From: Bacillota bacterium
GTDB lineage: Bacteria; Bacillota; Clostridia; Saccharofermentanales; DTU023
Reading direction: 5' to 3'
Assembly (NCBI GenBank): GCA_023426575.1
Contig: JAFAAL010000012.1
Location: 2,147 to 66,146 of the forward strand
DNA length: 64,000 nucleotides
A program made the translations under genes and the position numbers. Shown here in pieces: positions 31,273-38,961 of this stretch (positions are counted from its first letter, which is position 1; each line of letters starts with the position of its first letter). A model generated the notes under the pieces. That model did no database searches and had not been told where the DNA came from. It worked only from the letters and a program-made list of their open reading frames with translations.

Positions 31273-32113
31273 ATTCGCCCTCGACACGGAGCTTGAGCTC
31301 GCGCCTGCAATTCGCGAGCTCAAGACCGTCAATTGGCCAAAGGTCGGGATGCGTCTGCTCTCGACCTTCATCCTCTTTGCGCTCGGCCTCATCTGTATCC
31401 GCCTCTTGACGCGCGGTCTCGAGCGCATGCTCAACAGGGCTAAGATCAGACGAGGAGCACACCGCCTCGTCACGAGCCTTCTGAAATTTCTCCTCTATTT
31501 TATTTTGCTCATCCTCTGTGTTGATCGGCTCGGCTTTGCGACCAGCTCTCTCATTGCCATCCTCGGCTCGATGGGAATTGCCATCGGCCTCGCGCTACAG
31601 GGAAGTCTCGGGGATCTCGCCTCGGGGATTCTCATCGTCGTCCTCAACCCCTTTCAGACGGGGGACTATGTCTATCTTGGGGAGAAGAGGGAAGAGCTTT
31701 TACAAGTTGTCGAACTGCGCTTGTTTCAAACTCACTTTCGAAACATGAGAGGCTTCCGAGTCATTGTCCCGAACTCGCAATTGACCAAGAATGCCATCGT
31801 CAACATCTCCGTCGAACACACTGTCATGGCCGAGGCCAAGTTTGTCGTTGGCTTCGACAGCAATTTTGAAACAGTCAAAAAGGTCGTCGATGCCGCCATG
31901 GACCGCGTACCAGAGATCTCAACGGAGGACCGTCGCCTAATCCTCAATGAGCTCGGGGAGAGTGGCATCCACTTCACGGCCAGAGGCCGCGTAGCGGCAG
32001 CCGATTACTTCAAGGCCTCCAACGACCTCCTGGCCGAGCTCAAGACCTCCCTCGATGCTGCAGGCATCGTGATTCCCTATCCCCAGATGGTCATCCACCA
32101 GGCCAAGGAGTAG
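31253..32113 (+). CDS. mscS: Small-conductance mechanosensitive channel (MscS family)
   Basis: LGSMGIAIGLALQGSLGDLASGILIVVLNPFQTGDYV pore helix/beta-domain signature. Start uncertain (31253, 31259 or 31349). Confidence 0.85.
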   Translation: MLMTINRFALDTELELAPAIRELKTVNWPKVGMRLLSTFILFALGLICIRLLTRGLERMLNRAKIRRGAHRLVTSLLKFLLYFILLILCVDRLGFATSSLIAILGSMGIAIGLALQGSLGDLASGILIVVLNPFQTGDYVYLGEKREELLQVVELRLFQTHFRNMRGFRVIVPNSQLTKNAIVNISVEHTVMAEAKFVVGFDSNFETVKKVVDAAMDRVPEISTEDRRLILNELGESGIHFTARGRVAAADYFKASNDLLAELKTSLDAAGIVIPYPQMVIHQAKE

Positions 32114-32132
32114 GGTATTTCGGCAGAATCAT

Positions 32133-32161
32133 TTGACAAGGCCTCTCTTTGAAACTATGAT
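32133..32161 (+). promoter_or_regulatory. Putative promoter of tRNA-Pro
   Basis: TTGACA (32133-32138), 17-nt spacer, TATGAT (32156-32161), 13 nt before the tRNA 5' end. Confidence 0.55.
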
Positions 32162-32174
32162 GGCGATTGTAAAA

Positions 32175-32250
32175 CGAGGTGTGGCGCAGGTGGTAGCGCG
32201 CCTGCTTTGGGAGCAGGAAGTCGCAGGTTCGAATCCTGTCACCTCGACCA
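32175..32250 (+). tRNA. tRNA-Pro (anticodon UGG), CCA encoded
   Basis: Hand-folded cloverleaf: acceptor CGAGGTG/CACCTCG, D arm GCGC/GCGC, anticodon stem CCTGC/GCAGG with loop TTTGGGA, T loop TTCGAAT. 76 nt. Confidence 0.9.
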
Positions 32251-32286
32251 AGAGATTTTGGACATCTTCCAAAATCTCTTTTTTAT
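32251..32286 (+). terminator. Rho-independent terminator after tRNA-Pro
   Basis: AGAGATTTTGG-ACATCTT-CCAAAATCTCT followed by a T run. Confidence 0.75.
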
Positions 32287-32349
32287 TTCTTAGCCCAAAA
32301 TAAAATATGCTATATTTTTAAGCACAGGACAGTTCCTGAAGGAGGTCTC

Positions 32350-32997
32350 ATGTTTGATTGGTCTGAATTTTTTAATGCTGAGCACAGCTTGGCCCAAGCT
32401 CTCTTTGAGCAGGCACCCGACCCAGCCTGGCTACTCGGAGAACTCAGCGCGTTTTGTCAGGGTCTGATGAGCAAGCTCGGCCAGGAATATAAGCTCCTTC
32501 AAGATGCTGTCTACGTTCACGAGACAGCGACAATTCATGAATCTGCCTATATCGCGGGACCTGCAATCATCGGGCCTGCTGTCGACATCCGCTACGCCGT
32601 CTACTTACGAGGTTCTGTCATTCTCGACGAGGGAGTCACTCTGGCCAATAGCACGGAGGTCAAAAATGCGGTTCTCCTCAGGGGAGCGACATGCCCTCAT
32701 TACAATTACGTAGGGGACAGCCTCCTGGGACCTAAGGCTCATCTCGGCGCCGGGGTCATTTTGTCCAATCTGCGCAGCGACCGGCAAAATATTGTCATCG
32801 ACTATCGAGGAGAGCAGTGGGCGACGGGCCGCCATAAGTTTGGCGCCGTCATCGGCGAAGCGTGTGAGATCGGCTGCCAGTCAGTCCTCAACCCAGGCAC
32901 CCTGCTGGGGAAGGGATCTCAAGTCTATCCCTTGACTTCATTAAGGGGATATTTTCCCGCAAATTCTAAAGTCGGCCACAGACCCATCTCCTGCTAA
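32350..32997 (+). CDS. Left-handed beta-helix (hexapeptide-repeat) protein resembling the GlmU acetyltransferase domain
   Basis: Serial hexapeptide turns. EVKNAVLLRGATCPHYNYVGDSLLGPKAHLGAGVILSNL...KFGAVIGEACEIGCQSVLNPG parallels the GlmU C-terminal domain. No nucleotidyltransferase domain. Confidence 0.5.
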   Translation: MFDWSEFFNAEHSLAQALFEQAPDPAWLLGELSAFCQGLMSKLGQEYKLLQDAVYVHETATIHESAYIAGPAIIGPAVDIRYAVYLRGSVILDEGVTLANSTEVKNAVLLRGATCPHYNYVGDSLLGPKAHLGAGVILSNLRSDRQNIVIDYRGEQWATGRHKFGAVIGEACEIGCQSVLNPGTLLGKGSQVYPLTSLRGYFPANSKVGHRPISC

Positions 32998-33051
32998 AGG
33001 CGCGCTCTGGATGCCCAGCGGGAGCTCTTTTGAGGGATTTCAGGGGAGGCC

Positions 33052-33080
33052 TTGACAGACGATATCTCTTCTGCAATAAT
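33052..33080 (+). promoter_or_regulatory. Putative promoter of the tRNA(CAU)-tRNA-Tyr pair
   Basis: TTGACA (33052-33057), 17-nt spacer, AATAAT (33075-33080). Confidence 0.5.
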
Positions 33081-33107
33081 GCTCATGCTGCCTGAGGGCG
33101 GAATTGC

Positions 33108-33184
33108 GGGCCATTAGCTCAGTTGGTCAGAGCAGCCGGCTCATAACCGGACGGTCCGGGGTTCAAGTCCCTGATGGCCCACCA
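33108..33184 (+). tRNA. tRNA with CAU anticodon (elongator Met or lysidine-modified Ile2; not initiator)
   Basis: Acceptor GGGCCAT/ATGGCCC with G1-C72 paired, anticodon loop CTCATAA, T loop TTCAAGT, CCA encoded. 77 nt. Confidence 0.85.
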
Positions 33185-33192
33185 TAAGATAA

Positions 33193-33277
33193 GGGGGATT
33201 TCCCGAGTGGTCAAAGGGAGCAGACTGTAAATCTGTTGTCACTGACTTCGTTGGTTCGAATCCAGCATCCCCCACCA
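33193..33277 (+). tRNA. tRNA-Tyr (GUA), long variable arm, CCA encoded
   Basis: Acceptor GGGGGAT/ATCCCCC, anticodon loop CTGTAAA, long variable arm, T loop TTCGAAT. 85 nt. Confidence 0.88.
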
Positions 33278-33280
33278 ATA

Positions 33281-33315
33281 AATCACCACTGCCAAACGGC
33301 GGTGGTGATTTTTTA
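33281..33315 (+). terminator. Rho-independent terminator after tRNA-Tyr
   Basis: 13-bp stem AATCACCACTGCC / GGCGGTGGTGATT with AAAC loop, followed by TTTT. Confidence 0.75.
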
Positions 33316-33320
33316 AGCAT

Positions 33321-33343
33321 GAAAAAAGCCCCGTGGAGGGGCT
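33321..33343 (-). terminator. Rho-independent terminator after tRNA-Leu (minus strand)
   Basis: Minus strand reads AGCCCC-TCCAC-GGGGCT followed by TTTTT, immediately 3' of the tRNA. Confidence 0.6.
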
Positions 33344-33344
33344 C

Positions 33345-33429
33345 TGGTGCCGGTGGTGGGGATCGAACCCACACGCCTTTCGGCTCACGATTTTGAGTCG
33401 CGCTCGTCTGCCAATTCCGACACACCGGC
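33345..33429 (-). tRNA. tRNA-Leu (CAA), type II, CCA encoded
   Basis: Reverse complement folds as acceptor GCCGGTG/CACCGGC, anticodon loop CTCAAAA, long variable arm, T loop TTCGATC. 85 nt. Confidence 0.88.
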
Positions 33430-33439
33430 GACGCTGGTC

Positions 33440-33468
33440 ATCTTAATTCATGGCGGTCTGAAAGTCAA
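33440..33468 (-). promoter_or_regulatory. Putative promoter of tRNA-Leu
   Basis: Minus strand: TTGACT (33468-33463), 17-nt spacer, TAAGAT (33445-33440), about 10 nt before the tRNA 5' end. Confidence 0.5.
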
Positions 33469-33474
33469 TTCTAT

Positions 33475-33503
33475 TTGCTATTTCAATCTAAAATCGCTAT
33501 GAT
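33475..33503 (+). promoter_or_regulatory. Putative promoter of the pyrC-pyrF-pyrK-pyrD array
   Basis: TTGCTA (33475-33480), 17-nt spacer, TATGAT (33498-33503), back-to-back with the tRNA-Leu promoter. Confidence 0.45.
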
Positions 33504-33551
33504 GCTATGAGGTTTATGGCCATCCCAATCCGCGCCGAAGGAGCCCAAAAC

Positions 33552-34817
33552 ATGAGTAATTATTGTCTCAGAGGGGTCACTGTCTACGACCCGTATCATC
33601 GCGAAGTAGCAAGGCGAGATCTCTGTATTGTCAACGGCCGCATTGCCGAGACGCCGAGCCCAGATGCCATCGTCATTGCAGCTGAAGATTACATTGTCTC
33701 GCCAGGCTTCATCGATGCGCATGTCCACTTGAGAGATCCTGGCTTCCCCGAAAAAGAAGATATCATTTCGGGCACGCGGGCAGGCGCTCGCGGCGGCTTC
33801 ACTGTTCTGGCAACGATGCCCAACACCAGGCCCGTCACGGACTCTCCAGAGCTCGTCCGCTATCAGATAGAGAAGGCGGAAGAGGCGGGCTATTGCCAAG
33901 TCATTCCCTATGCGGCCGCCAGCCTGGGAGAGTCGGGAGAAGAGATAGCCCCTCTGGCTGAGCTCTTTGCCGCTGGGGCGGGACACGTCACTGACGACGG
34001 GCTTCCCGTCAGGACGGCAGGACTGATGCGCCAGGCAATGGAAGAGGCCTGGCGCCACGGACGCGTGGTCTCTGATCACTGCGAAGACAAGACATTGACC
34101 CAGGGTGGCGTCATGAATGAGGGTGCACTCTCACGGGAACTCAATGTCAAAGGTCTGCCCGCTGTTGCCGAAGAGATCAATGTCGCTCGCAATATTCTTC
34201 TCTCAAAACATCTCAATATCCCCACGCATATCTCGCACGTCTCCACGGCAGGTTCTATTGAGATGGTGCGAGAGGCCAAAGCGCAAGGTTTGAAGGTGAC
34301 ATCTGAGGTCTGTCCTCATCACTTTGCCCTCAACGACGAGCTGCTGAGATCTCGCGATGCCAATTACCGCATGTATCCACCCCTGCGTAGCGAGGCTGAC
34401 CGCCAGGCCTGTATCCGTGGCCTCAAGGATGGCACTATTGATTTGATTGCCACGGATCATGCTCCGCATACTGCAGCTGAGAAGGTTGACTTTACGACGG
34501 CCATGCACGGTATTGTCGGCCTCGAGACCTGTCTCCCCCTCTGTTATAAGATCTTGGTACAAGAAGAGGGGATGGAAATTCTCGACGTTCTCGAAAAGCT
34601 GACTGTGGCGCCAGCTCGATTTTTTTCACTGCCCCTCGATGGTCTAGAAGTCGGGGCCTCAGCAGACCTCTGCCTCATCGATCTCAACACAGCTTACCGC
34701 TTCGATCGGGAGCAGATGCTGAGCAGAAGCCGCAATACTCCATTTCACAATTGGGAATTCCAGGCTCGTGTCCTCATGACCTGGCGAAGAGGAAAGGTAA
34801 CTTATGCTGGACTCTAA
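33552..34817 (+). CDS. pyrC: Dihydroorotase
   Basis: DAHVHLRDPG metal-binding motif, ATDHAPH. AAGGAG 8 nt before ATG 33552. Confidence 0.92.
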   Translation: MSNYCLRGVTVYDPYHREVARRDLCIVNGRIAETPSPDAIVIAAEDYIVSPGFIDAHVHLRDPGFPEKEDIISGTRAGARGGFTVLATMPNTRPVTDSPELVRYQIEKAEEAGYCQVIPYAAASLGESGEEIAPLAELFAAGAGHVTDDGLPVRTAGLMRQAMEEAWRHGRVVSDHCEDKTLTQGGVMNEGALSRELNVKGLPAVAEEINVARNILLSKHLNIPTHISHVSTAGSIEMVREAKAQGLKVTSEVCPHHFALNDELLRSRDANYRMYPPLRSEADRQACIRGLKDGTIDLIATDHAPHTAAEKVDFTTAMHGIVGLETCLPLCYKILVQEEGMEILDVLEKLTVAPARFFSLPLDGLEVGASADLCLIDLNTAYRFDREQMLSRSRNTPFHNWEFQARVLMTWRRGKVTYAGL

Positions 34818-35745
34818 TTTTATGGAGCGCCTCAATGAGCGCATCATGACGTTTCACAATCCGAGCCTTCTGGGCTTGGATCCGCAGCTGGCCTATTTGC
34901 CAGAATATCTTCTCCGTCCTCTGGAGGGACAGTCTGGAGAGGGGCTAAGTCAGGCGATTGCTGCCGCTCTGACTGCCTATAACCGTGAATTACTTGAAGC
35001 CTGCGCCGATATCATCCCGGCGGTTAAATTTCAGATGGCCTACTACGAGCAGTATGGTCTCGGCGGTCTGCAGGCTCTTCAGGCGAGTTTAGACATTGCG
35101 CGTCAGATGGGCTATCTCATCATTGTTGATGCTAAGCGCAACGATATAGGTGCCACGGCGGGGGCCTATGCCCAAGCCTTTATCACTCTTGCCGAGACCC
35201 CCTATGGTCAAAAAGTGCCAGCCTTCCAGGGAGATGCATTGACAGTTAATTTTTACCTGGGTTCAGATGGCGTCCAGCCCTTTGCCAAGTCTCTTCGCGA
35301 GACGGGCAAGGGGATTTTCTTACTGCTGCGCACCTCCAATCCCTCCGGCCAAGAAATTCAAGATCTCATCCTCGCAGATGGCCGCAAGCTCTATGAGTCT
35401 CTTGCCGAACGGGCCGTGGCCTGGGCTGAGGAGTATCGACAGGAGGGTGAGAGCTATTCGCCCATAGGTCTGGTCGTTGGGGCAACCTATCCCAAAGAGG
35501 CCGAGAAGCTCCGCCGTCATTGCCCACATCTCTTCTTTCTCGTCCCAGGTTATGGGGCTCAAGGGGCAGGTGCAAGTGATGTGGCAGCTGCTTTTTCCAA
35601 GCAGGGGGGAGGGGCTATCGTCAACTCTTCTCGTGGCCTGATGAATGCCTATAAAGATCGTAAGATGCCCCATGAGAGCTTTGCCATTGCCTGTCGCGAG
35701 GCAGCTCTTGAGATGCGGGCTGATCTTTCGGCCTTTGTTCAATAG
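34804..35745 (+). CDS. pyrF: Orotidine 5'-phosphate decarboxylase (long type 2)
   Basis: LLGLDPQ...LP N-terminus, DAKRNDIGATA active-site motif, ~310 aa. Confidence 0.88.
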   Translation: MLDSNFMERLNERIMTFHNPSLLGLDPQLAYLPEYLLRPLEGQSGEGLSQAIAAALTAYNRELLEACADIIPAVKFQMAYYEQYGLGGLQALQASLDIARQMGYLIIVDAKRNDIGATAGAYAQAFITLAETPYGQKVPAFQGDALTVNFYLGSDGVQPFAKSLRETGKGIFLLLRTSNPSGQEIQDLILADGRKLYESLAERAVAWAEEYRQEGESYSPIGLVVGATYPKEAEKLRRHCPHLFFLVPGYGAQGAGASDVAAAFSKQGGGAIVNSSRGLMNAYKDRKMPHESFAIACREAALEMRADLSAFVQ

Positions 35746-35755
35746 GAGTTTCAAG

Positions 35756-36535
35756 ATGGCCTTTTCTCAGCAAGTTGTTTTGGAGCGTATCGTCCAGCTC
35801 TCCAATCGCTCTTATGGGCTGACATTCCAGGCCGATGCTCCTTTTATAGAGGCCTGCCGTCCTGGACAATTTGTCATGCTCTCTTCAGACTACTTCTTAA
35901 ACCGTCCCTATGGACTTTTGAGCATCGATCGCGAGCACAGGCAATTTGAGCTCGGCATCGACGTCGTCGGCAAGGGCTCATACGCCCACGCGCATCTTCT
36001 TCCCGGGGCGGAACTGACTGTTATAGGACCACTTGGACACGGCTTCGATCTCAGTGGGAATGGACCTCTGATCCTTATCGGGGGCGGCTCAGGAATCTAC
36101 CCTCTCTTGACAGTCGCCGAAGAGGAGGGGAGGCGGCGCGATCTCAGGGTCAGCCTCGGCTTCCGACACGCGGGGCTAGCTGTTCTGAAAGATCGTTTTC
36201 AAGCGAGCGGGGCGCGTGTGATTATGGCCAGTGACAGTGGGGATCTCGACTTTCACGGACATGCAGTCGCAGCTGCAGCTGAGTGCTTTCAGGATATCTT
36301 GGCCGAGGCCACTTTCCTGGCCTGTGGACCTCTTCTGATGTTGAGAGCCGCCCATCAACTGAGTCAGAAATGGCAACGTCCCTGTCAGGTCTCTTTTGAA
36401 GAGAGGATGGCTTGTGGCGTCGGATTTTGCTCAGGTTGTGCAGTGCCAATGCGAGAGGGACTGCCCCAGCGCTGTTGCTACGAGGGTCCCGTCTTCGACT
36501 CGACTCTCATCGACTGGGAGGCCTATCATGTCTAA
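35756..36535 (+). CDS. pyrK: Dihydroorotate dehydrogenase B electron-transfer subunit
   Basis: FAD/NAD ferredoxin-reductase fold. C-terminal 2Fe-2S motif CGVGFCSGC...RCC. AGGAG before ATG 35756. Confidence 0.88.
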   Translation: MAFSQQVVLERIVQLSNRSYGLTFQADAPFIEACRPGQFVMLSSDYFLNRPYGLLSIDREHRQFELGIDVVGKGSYAHAHLLPGAELTVIGPLGHGFDLSGNGPLILIGGGSGIYPLLTVAEEEGRRRDLRVSLGFRHAGLAVLKDRFQASGARVIMASDSGDLDFHGHAVAAAAECFQDILAEATFLACGPLLMLRAAHQLSQKWQRPCQVSFEERMACGVGFCSGCAVPMREGLPQRCCYEGPVFDSTLIDWEAYHV

Positions 36536-37448
36536 TCGACTCGCTGTCCATTTTCTCGACCGCATATTTGAGAAACCTTTCCTCCCTGCCTCTGGCTGCT
36601 ATTCAAATGCCAGGGAAGGAGCTGAATGGCACGATTTGCGCAGCTGCTGGGGTGCATTGATCAGCAAGTCCGTCACTCTAGAGCCTCGGGCGGGTAATCC
36701 AGGTCACCGCCTGGCGGAGGCGCCTGCGGGCCTGCTCAATTCCATCGGTCTGCAGAATCCTGGGATTGATGTCTTTTTGTCGGAGATTTTGCCATCTATG
36801 CAAAGTTCTCACCCAGAAGTCATCGTCAATATTGCTGGCTCTAGCAGCGAGGAATATATCGCCTTGATTGAACGATTGAACGAGGTCGAGATTGCGGCCA
36901 TTGAAGTCAATCTCTCTTGCCCGAATGTCAGCACGGGATGTATGGCCATCGGCACAGATCCAGCTCAAGCGCAGCTCTTGATGTCTCAATTGAGTCGGCG
37001 CTCACGGCACCCCCTCATTGCCAAACTGAGTCCGAATGTTGCCTCTATTCAGCCGATCGTTCAGGCGGTAGAGGCAGGAGGAGCCGCTGGGATCTCTCTG
37101 GTCAACACTTTTCTGGGACTCAGTCTCGACATCCGCCGTAGGCGGCCTGTCTTCCAGAGGCGATTTGCGGGGTATTCAGGACCTGGCATACAGCCGATTG
37201 CACTACGTCTCGCGGCAGAGGCCTGTCAGGCGACCCATCTGCCCGTCATCGGGCTGGGAGGGATTACGACGGCAGAAGATGTCATAGCCTTTCTCATGGT
37301 CGGCTGTCATCTCGTCCAGCTAGGAACTGCTCTCCTCAAGAATCCTACGATGATTACAGCTCTGGGAGATGAAGTCATAAAGCTGATGGATGAATTAGGC
37401 TTTGCCACTGTCGAGGAAGTCAGAGGCTCTGTCATCTGGGATCTTTAG
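36528..37448 (+). CDS. pyrD: Dihydroorotate dehydrogenase B catalytic subunit
   Basis: PASGCYSN, NIAGSS, EVNLSCPNV (catalytic Cys). ATG overlaps the pyrK stop. Confidence 0.92.
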   Translation: MSNRLAVHFLDRIFEKPFLPASGCYSNAREGAEWHDLRSCWGALISKSVTLEPRAGNPGHRLAEAPAGLLNSIGLQNPGIDVFLSEILPSMQSSHPEVIVNIAGSSSEEYIALIERLNEVEIAAIEVNLSCPNVSTGCMAIGTDPAQAQLLMSQLSRRSRHPLIAKLSPNVASIQPIVQAVEAGGAAGISLVNTFLGLSLDIRRRRPVFQRRFAGYSGPGIQPIALRLAAEACQATHLPVIGLGGITTAEDVIAFLMVGCHLVQLGTALLKNPTMITALGDEVIKLMDELGFATVEEVRGSVIWDL

Positions 37449-37467
37449 GACTGGTCTCTTGGGGCTT

Positions 37468-37476
37468 TGGTATAAT
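37468..37476 (+). promoter_or_regulatory. Possible extended -10 element upstream of the OPRT-like gene
   Basis: TGgTATAAT in the 50-nt pyrD/OPRT-like gap. No good -35 element. Confidence 0.3.
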
Positions 37477-37498
37477 AGTGACAAGATGCGAGGTGCAC

Positions 37499-38356
37499 AT
37501 GGAACAAGAACAACTGATCAAGCAACTTTTTCTCACTGAGGCGCTGAAATTTAGTCAGCCCAATCAGCCTTTTTGGTATACTTCGGGCAGTTTTGGCCCC
37601 TACTATCTCAATACGCACTTTCTCTTTGGAGGGCAGGAGAGAGCTGAGGCATTTTTGACTGAGCTCGAGCGAGCCAGAAGCTATCCTGAGGGGATGCCCT
37701 CGAGACTGCAGAGGATGATTGACATTGAGATTCAGTCGAATCCCGCCTTCAAGGATCTCATTGACCGCCTCTTGCGGCTCGTCCTCCCACTAGACTTCGA
37801 TCTTATTTCGGGCGGGGAGCGGCGTGATCTGTACTTTAGTATTCCTCTGGCAACAGCTCTTCAATTAAAGCATGTCACCATCTTAAAGGACGGGCGTGCC
37901 TATCTATCGAGTCCTGATTTTAGCCAGTGTCGCCTGCTCGAGGCCAATGAGTTGTCTTCACAGAAGATCCTACACGTCGCCGATCTCTTGACCCTGGCCT
38001 CCTCTTACTTCAGAGCGTGGTTGCCGACGATTGAGCGTCTCGGGGCAGAGATCACAGATACGGCTGTGGTCGTCTCTCGCTGTCAGGGTGGGGAAGAGGC
38101 GCTGGGGGCTCAGGGAATTTCTGTCCATGCTCTCTTGGAATTGAATCGAGAGTTTTTCGATCGCGCAGCGCTTGACGGACATATTGCTCCCGCCAGTCGT
38201 GATGCCGCTTTGAGTTTCCAATCAGATCCTGAGGCCTACATGCGGACATTTTTAGCAGATCACCCAGACTTTCTCGAGAGGTCTCGGGCGCGCGGAGGGC
38301 GAGAGGCGGAACGGGTGGCGCTCTTCTTGAAGGAGCATTCCGAGCTCTTAGCATGA
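37499..38356 (+). CDS. Orotate phosphoribosyltransferase-like protein, long and with a degenerate PRPP loop
   Basis: N-terminus FSQPNQPFWYTSGSFGPYYLNTHF is OPRT-like. The PRPP loop reads ILHVADLLTLASS. 285 aa versus the usual ~210. GAGGTG RBS before ATG 37499. Confidence 0.55.
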   Translation: MEQEQLIKQLFLTEALKFSQPNQPFWYTSGSFGPYYLNTHFLFGGQERAEAFLTELERARSYPEGMPSRLQRMIDIEIQSNPAFKDLIDRLLRLVLPLDFDLISGGERRDLYFSIPLATALQLKHVTILKDGRAYLSSPDFSQCRLLEANELSSQKILHVADLLTLASSYFRAWLPTIERLGAEITDTAVVVSRCQGGEEALGAQGISVHALLELNREFFDRAALDGHIAPASRDAALSFQSDPEAYMRTFLADHPDFLERSRARGGREAERVALFLKEHSELLA

Positions 38357-38961
38357 TTCTCGTCTATATTCTCATCTTCATTGCGAGCTATCTGCTCTGG
38401 CTCTATGTCGGACTCCACGAGATCTTGGCAGCGGGCTTGATGGGGATGTCTCTTACGGCCTTGCTCTATGAGGGTCTCGGCTATATAATTCGACGAGTTC
38501 GGCTCTGGCTGACGGCCAGGCGGCGTAAGATCAAGATGCTGTGCTATGTTTCACATCTCTCTGGGCTGCCCGTGCTCCCACAGCAGAAGCTGATGCTCGG
38601 CTTAGACCGTGATCACCTTTTGCTCTATGCTCAGAGTTTTGAGCAGGAGTATTCGAGAGACGAGCTGAGATCTATATACATCGCGCCGGCGAAGCTAGGT
38701 CTCGACGCTCCCGAACTCAGTGCTTTTATAGCGCGCCACAGACCAGAGAAGAAGCTGTTTCTTGCCGCATTTAGTGAGCACTACATCCCCCGACAGAGGG
38801 AGAGCTTGCTCCTTCTTGCGGTCCGACCCGAAGGGGAGCAGGCCCAAGTCATCGTGCTGGCTGCGCATGCTTCTCCCTCACGTTTATTAAAGGAATTGAG
38901 GCGACAGTCATGGCAGCAAATTGAACTGCCCGGGAATCTGTCCCGAAAGGAAAGAGCATGA
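38353..38961 (+). CDS. Hypothetical membrane protein (2 N-terminal TM helices + ~140-aa soluble domain)
   Basis: ATGA overlaps with both neighbours. No motif I recognise. Confidence 0.5.
   Translation: MILVYILIFIASYLLWLYVGLHEILAAGLMGMSLTALLYEGLGYIIRRVRLWLTARRRKIKMLCYVSHLSGLPVLPQQKLMLGLDRDHLLLYAQSFEQEYSRDELRSIYIAPAKLGLDAPELSAFIARHRPEKKLFLAAFSEHYIPRQRESLLLLAVRPEGEQAQVIVLAAHASPSRLLKELRRQSWQQIELPGNLSRKERA

Noticed and set aside
33141-33425. 94-aa minus-strand ORF (also small ORFs at 19428-19729 on the minus strand)
   Set aside because: These run through tRNA-Tyr, tRNA(CAU) and tRNA-Leu, or through rnpB. They are artefacts of structured-RNA genes.
33430-33551. Looked for a PyrR-type attenuator or anti-terminator upstream of pyrC
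   Set aside because: The predicted leader is only ~40 nt. I saw no terminator hairpin and no PyrR-binding loop consensus, and no pyrR gene is in the window.
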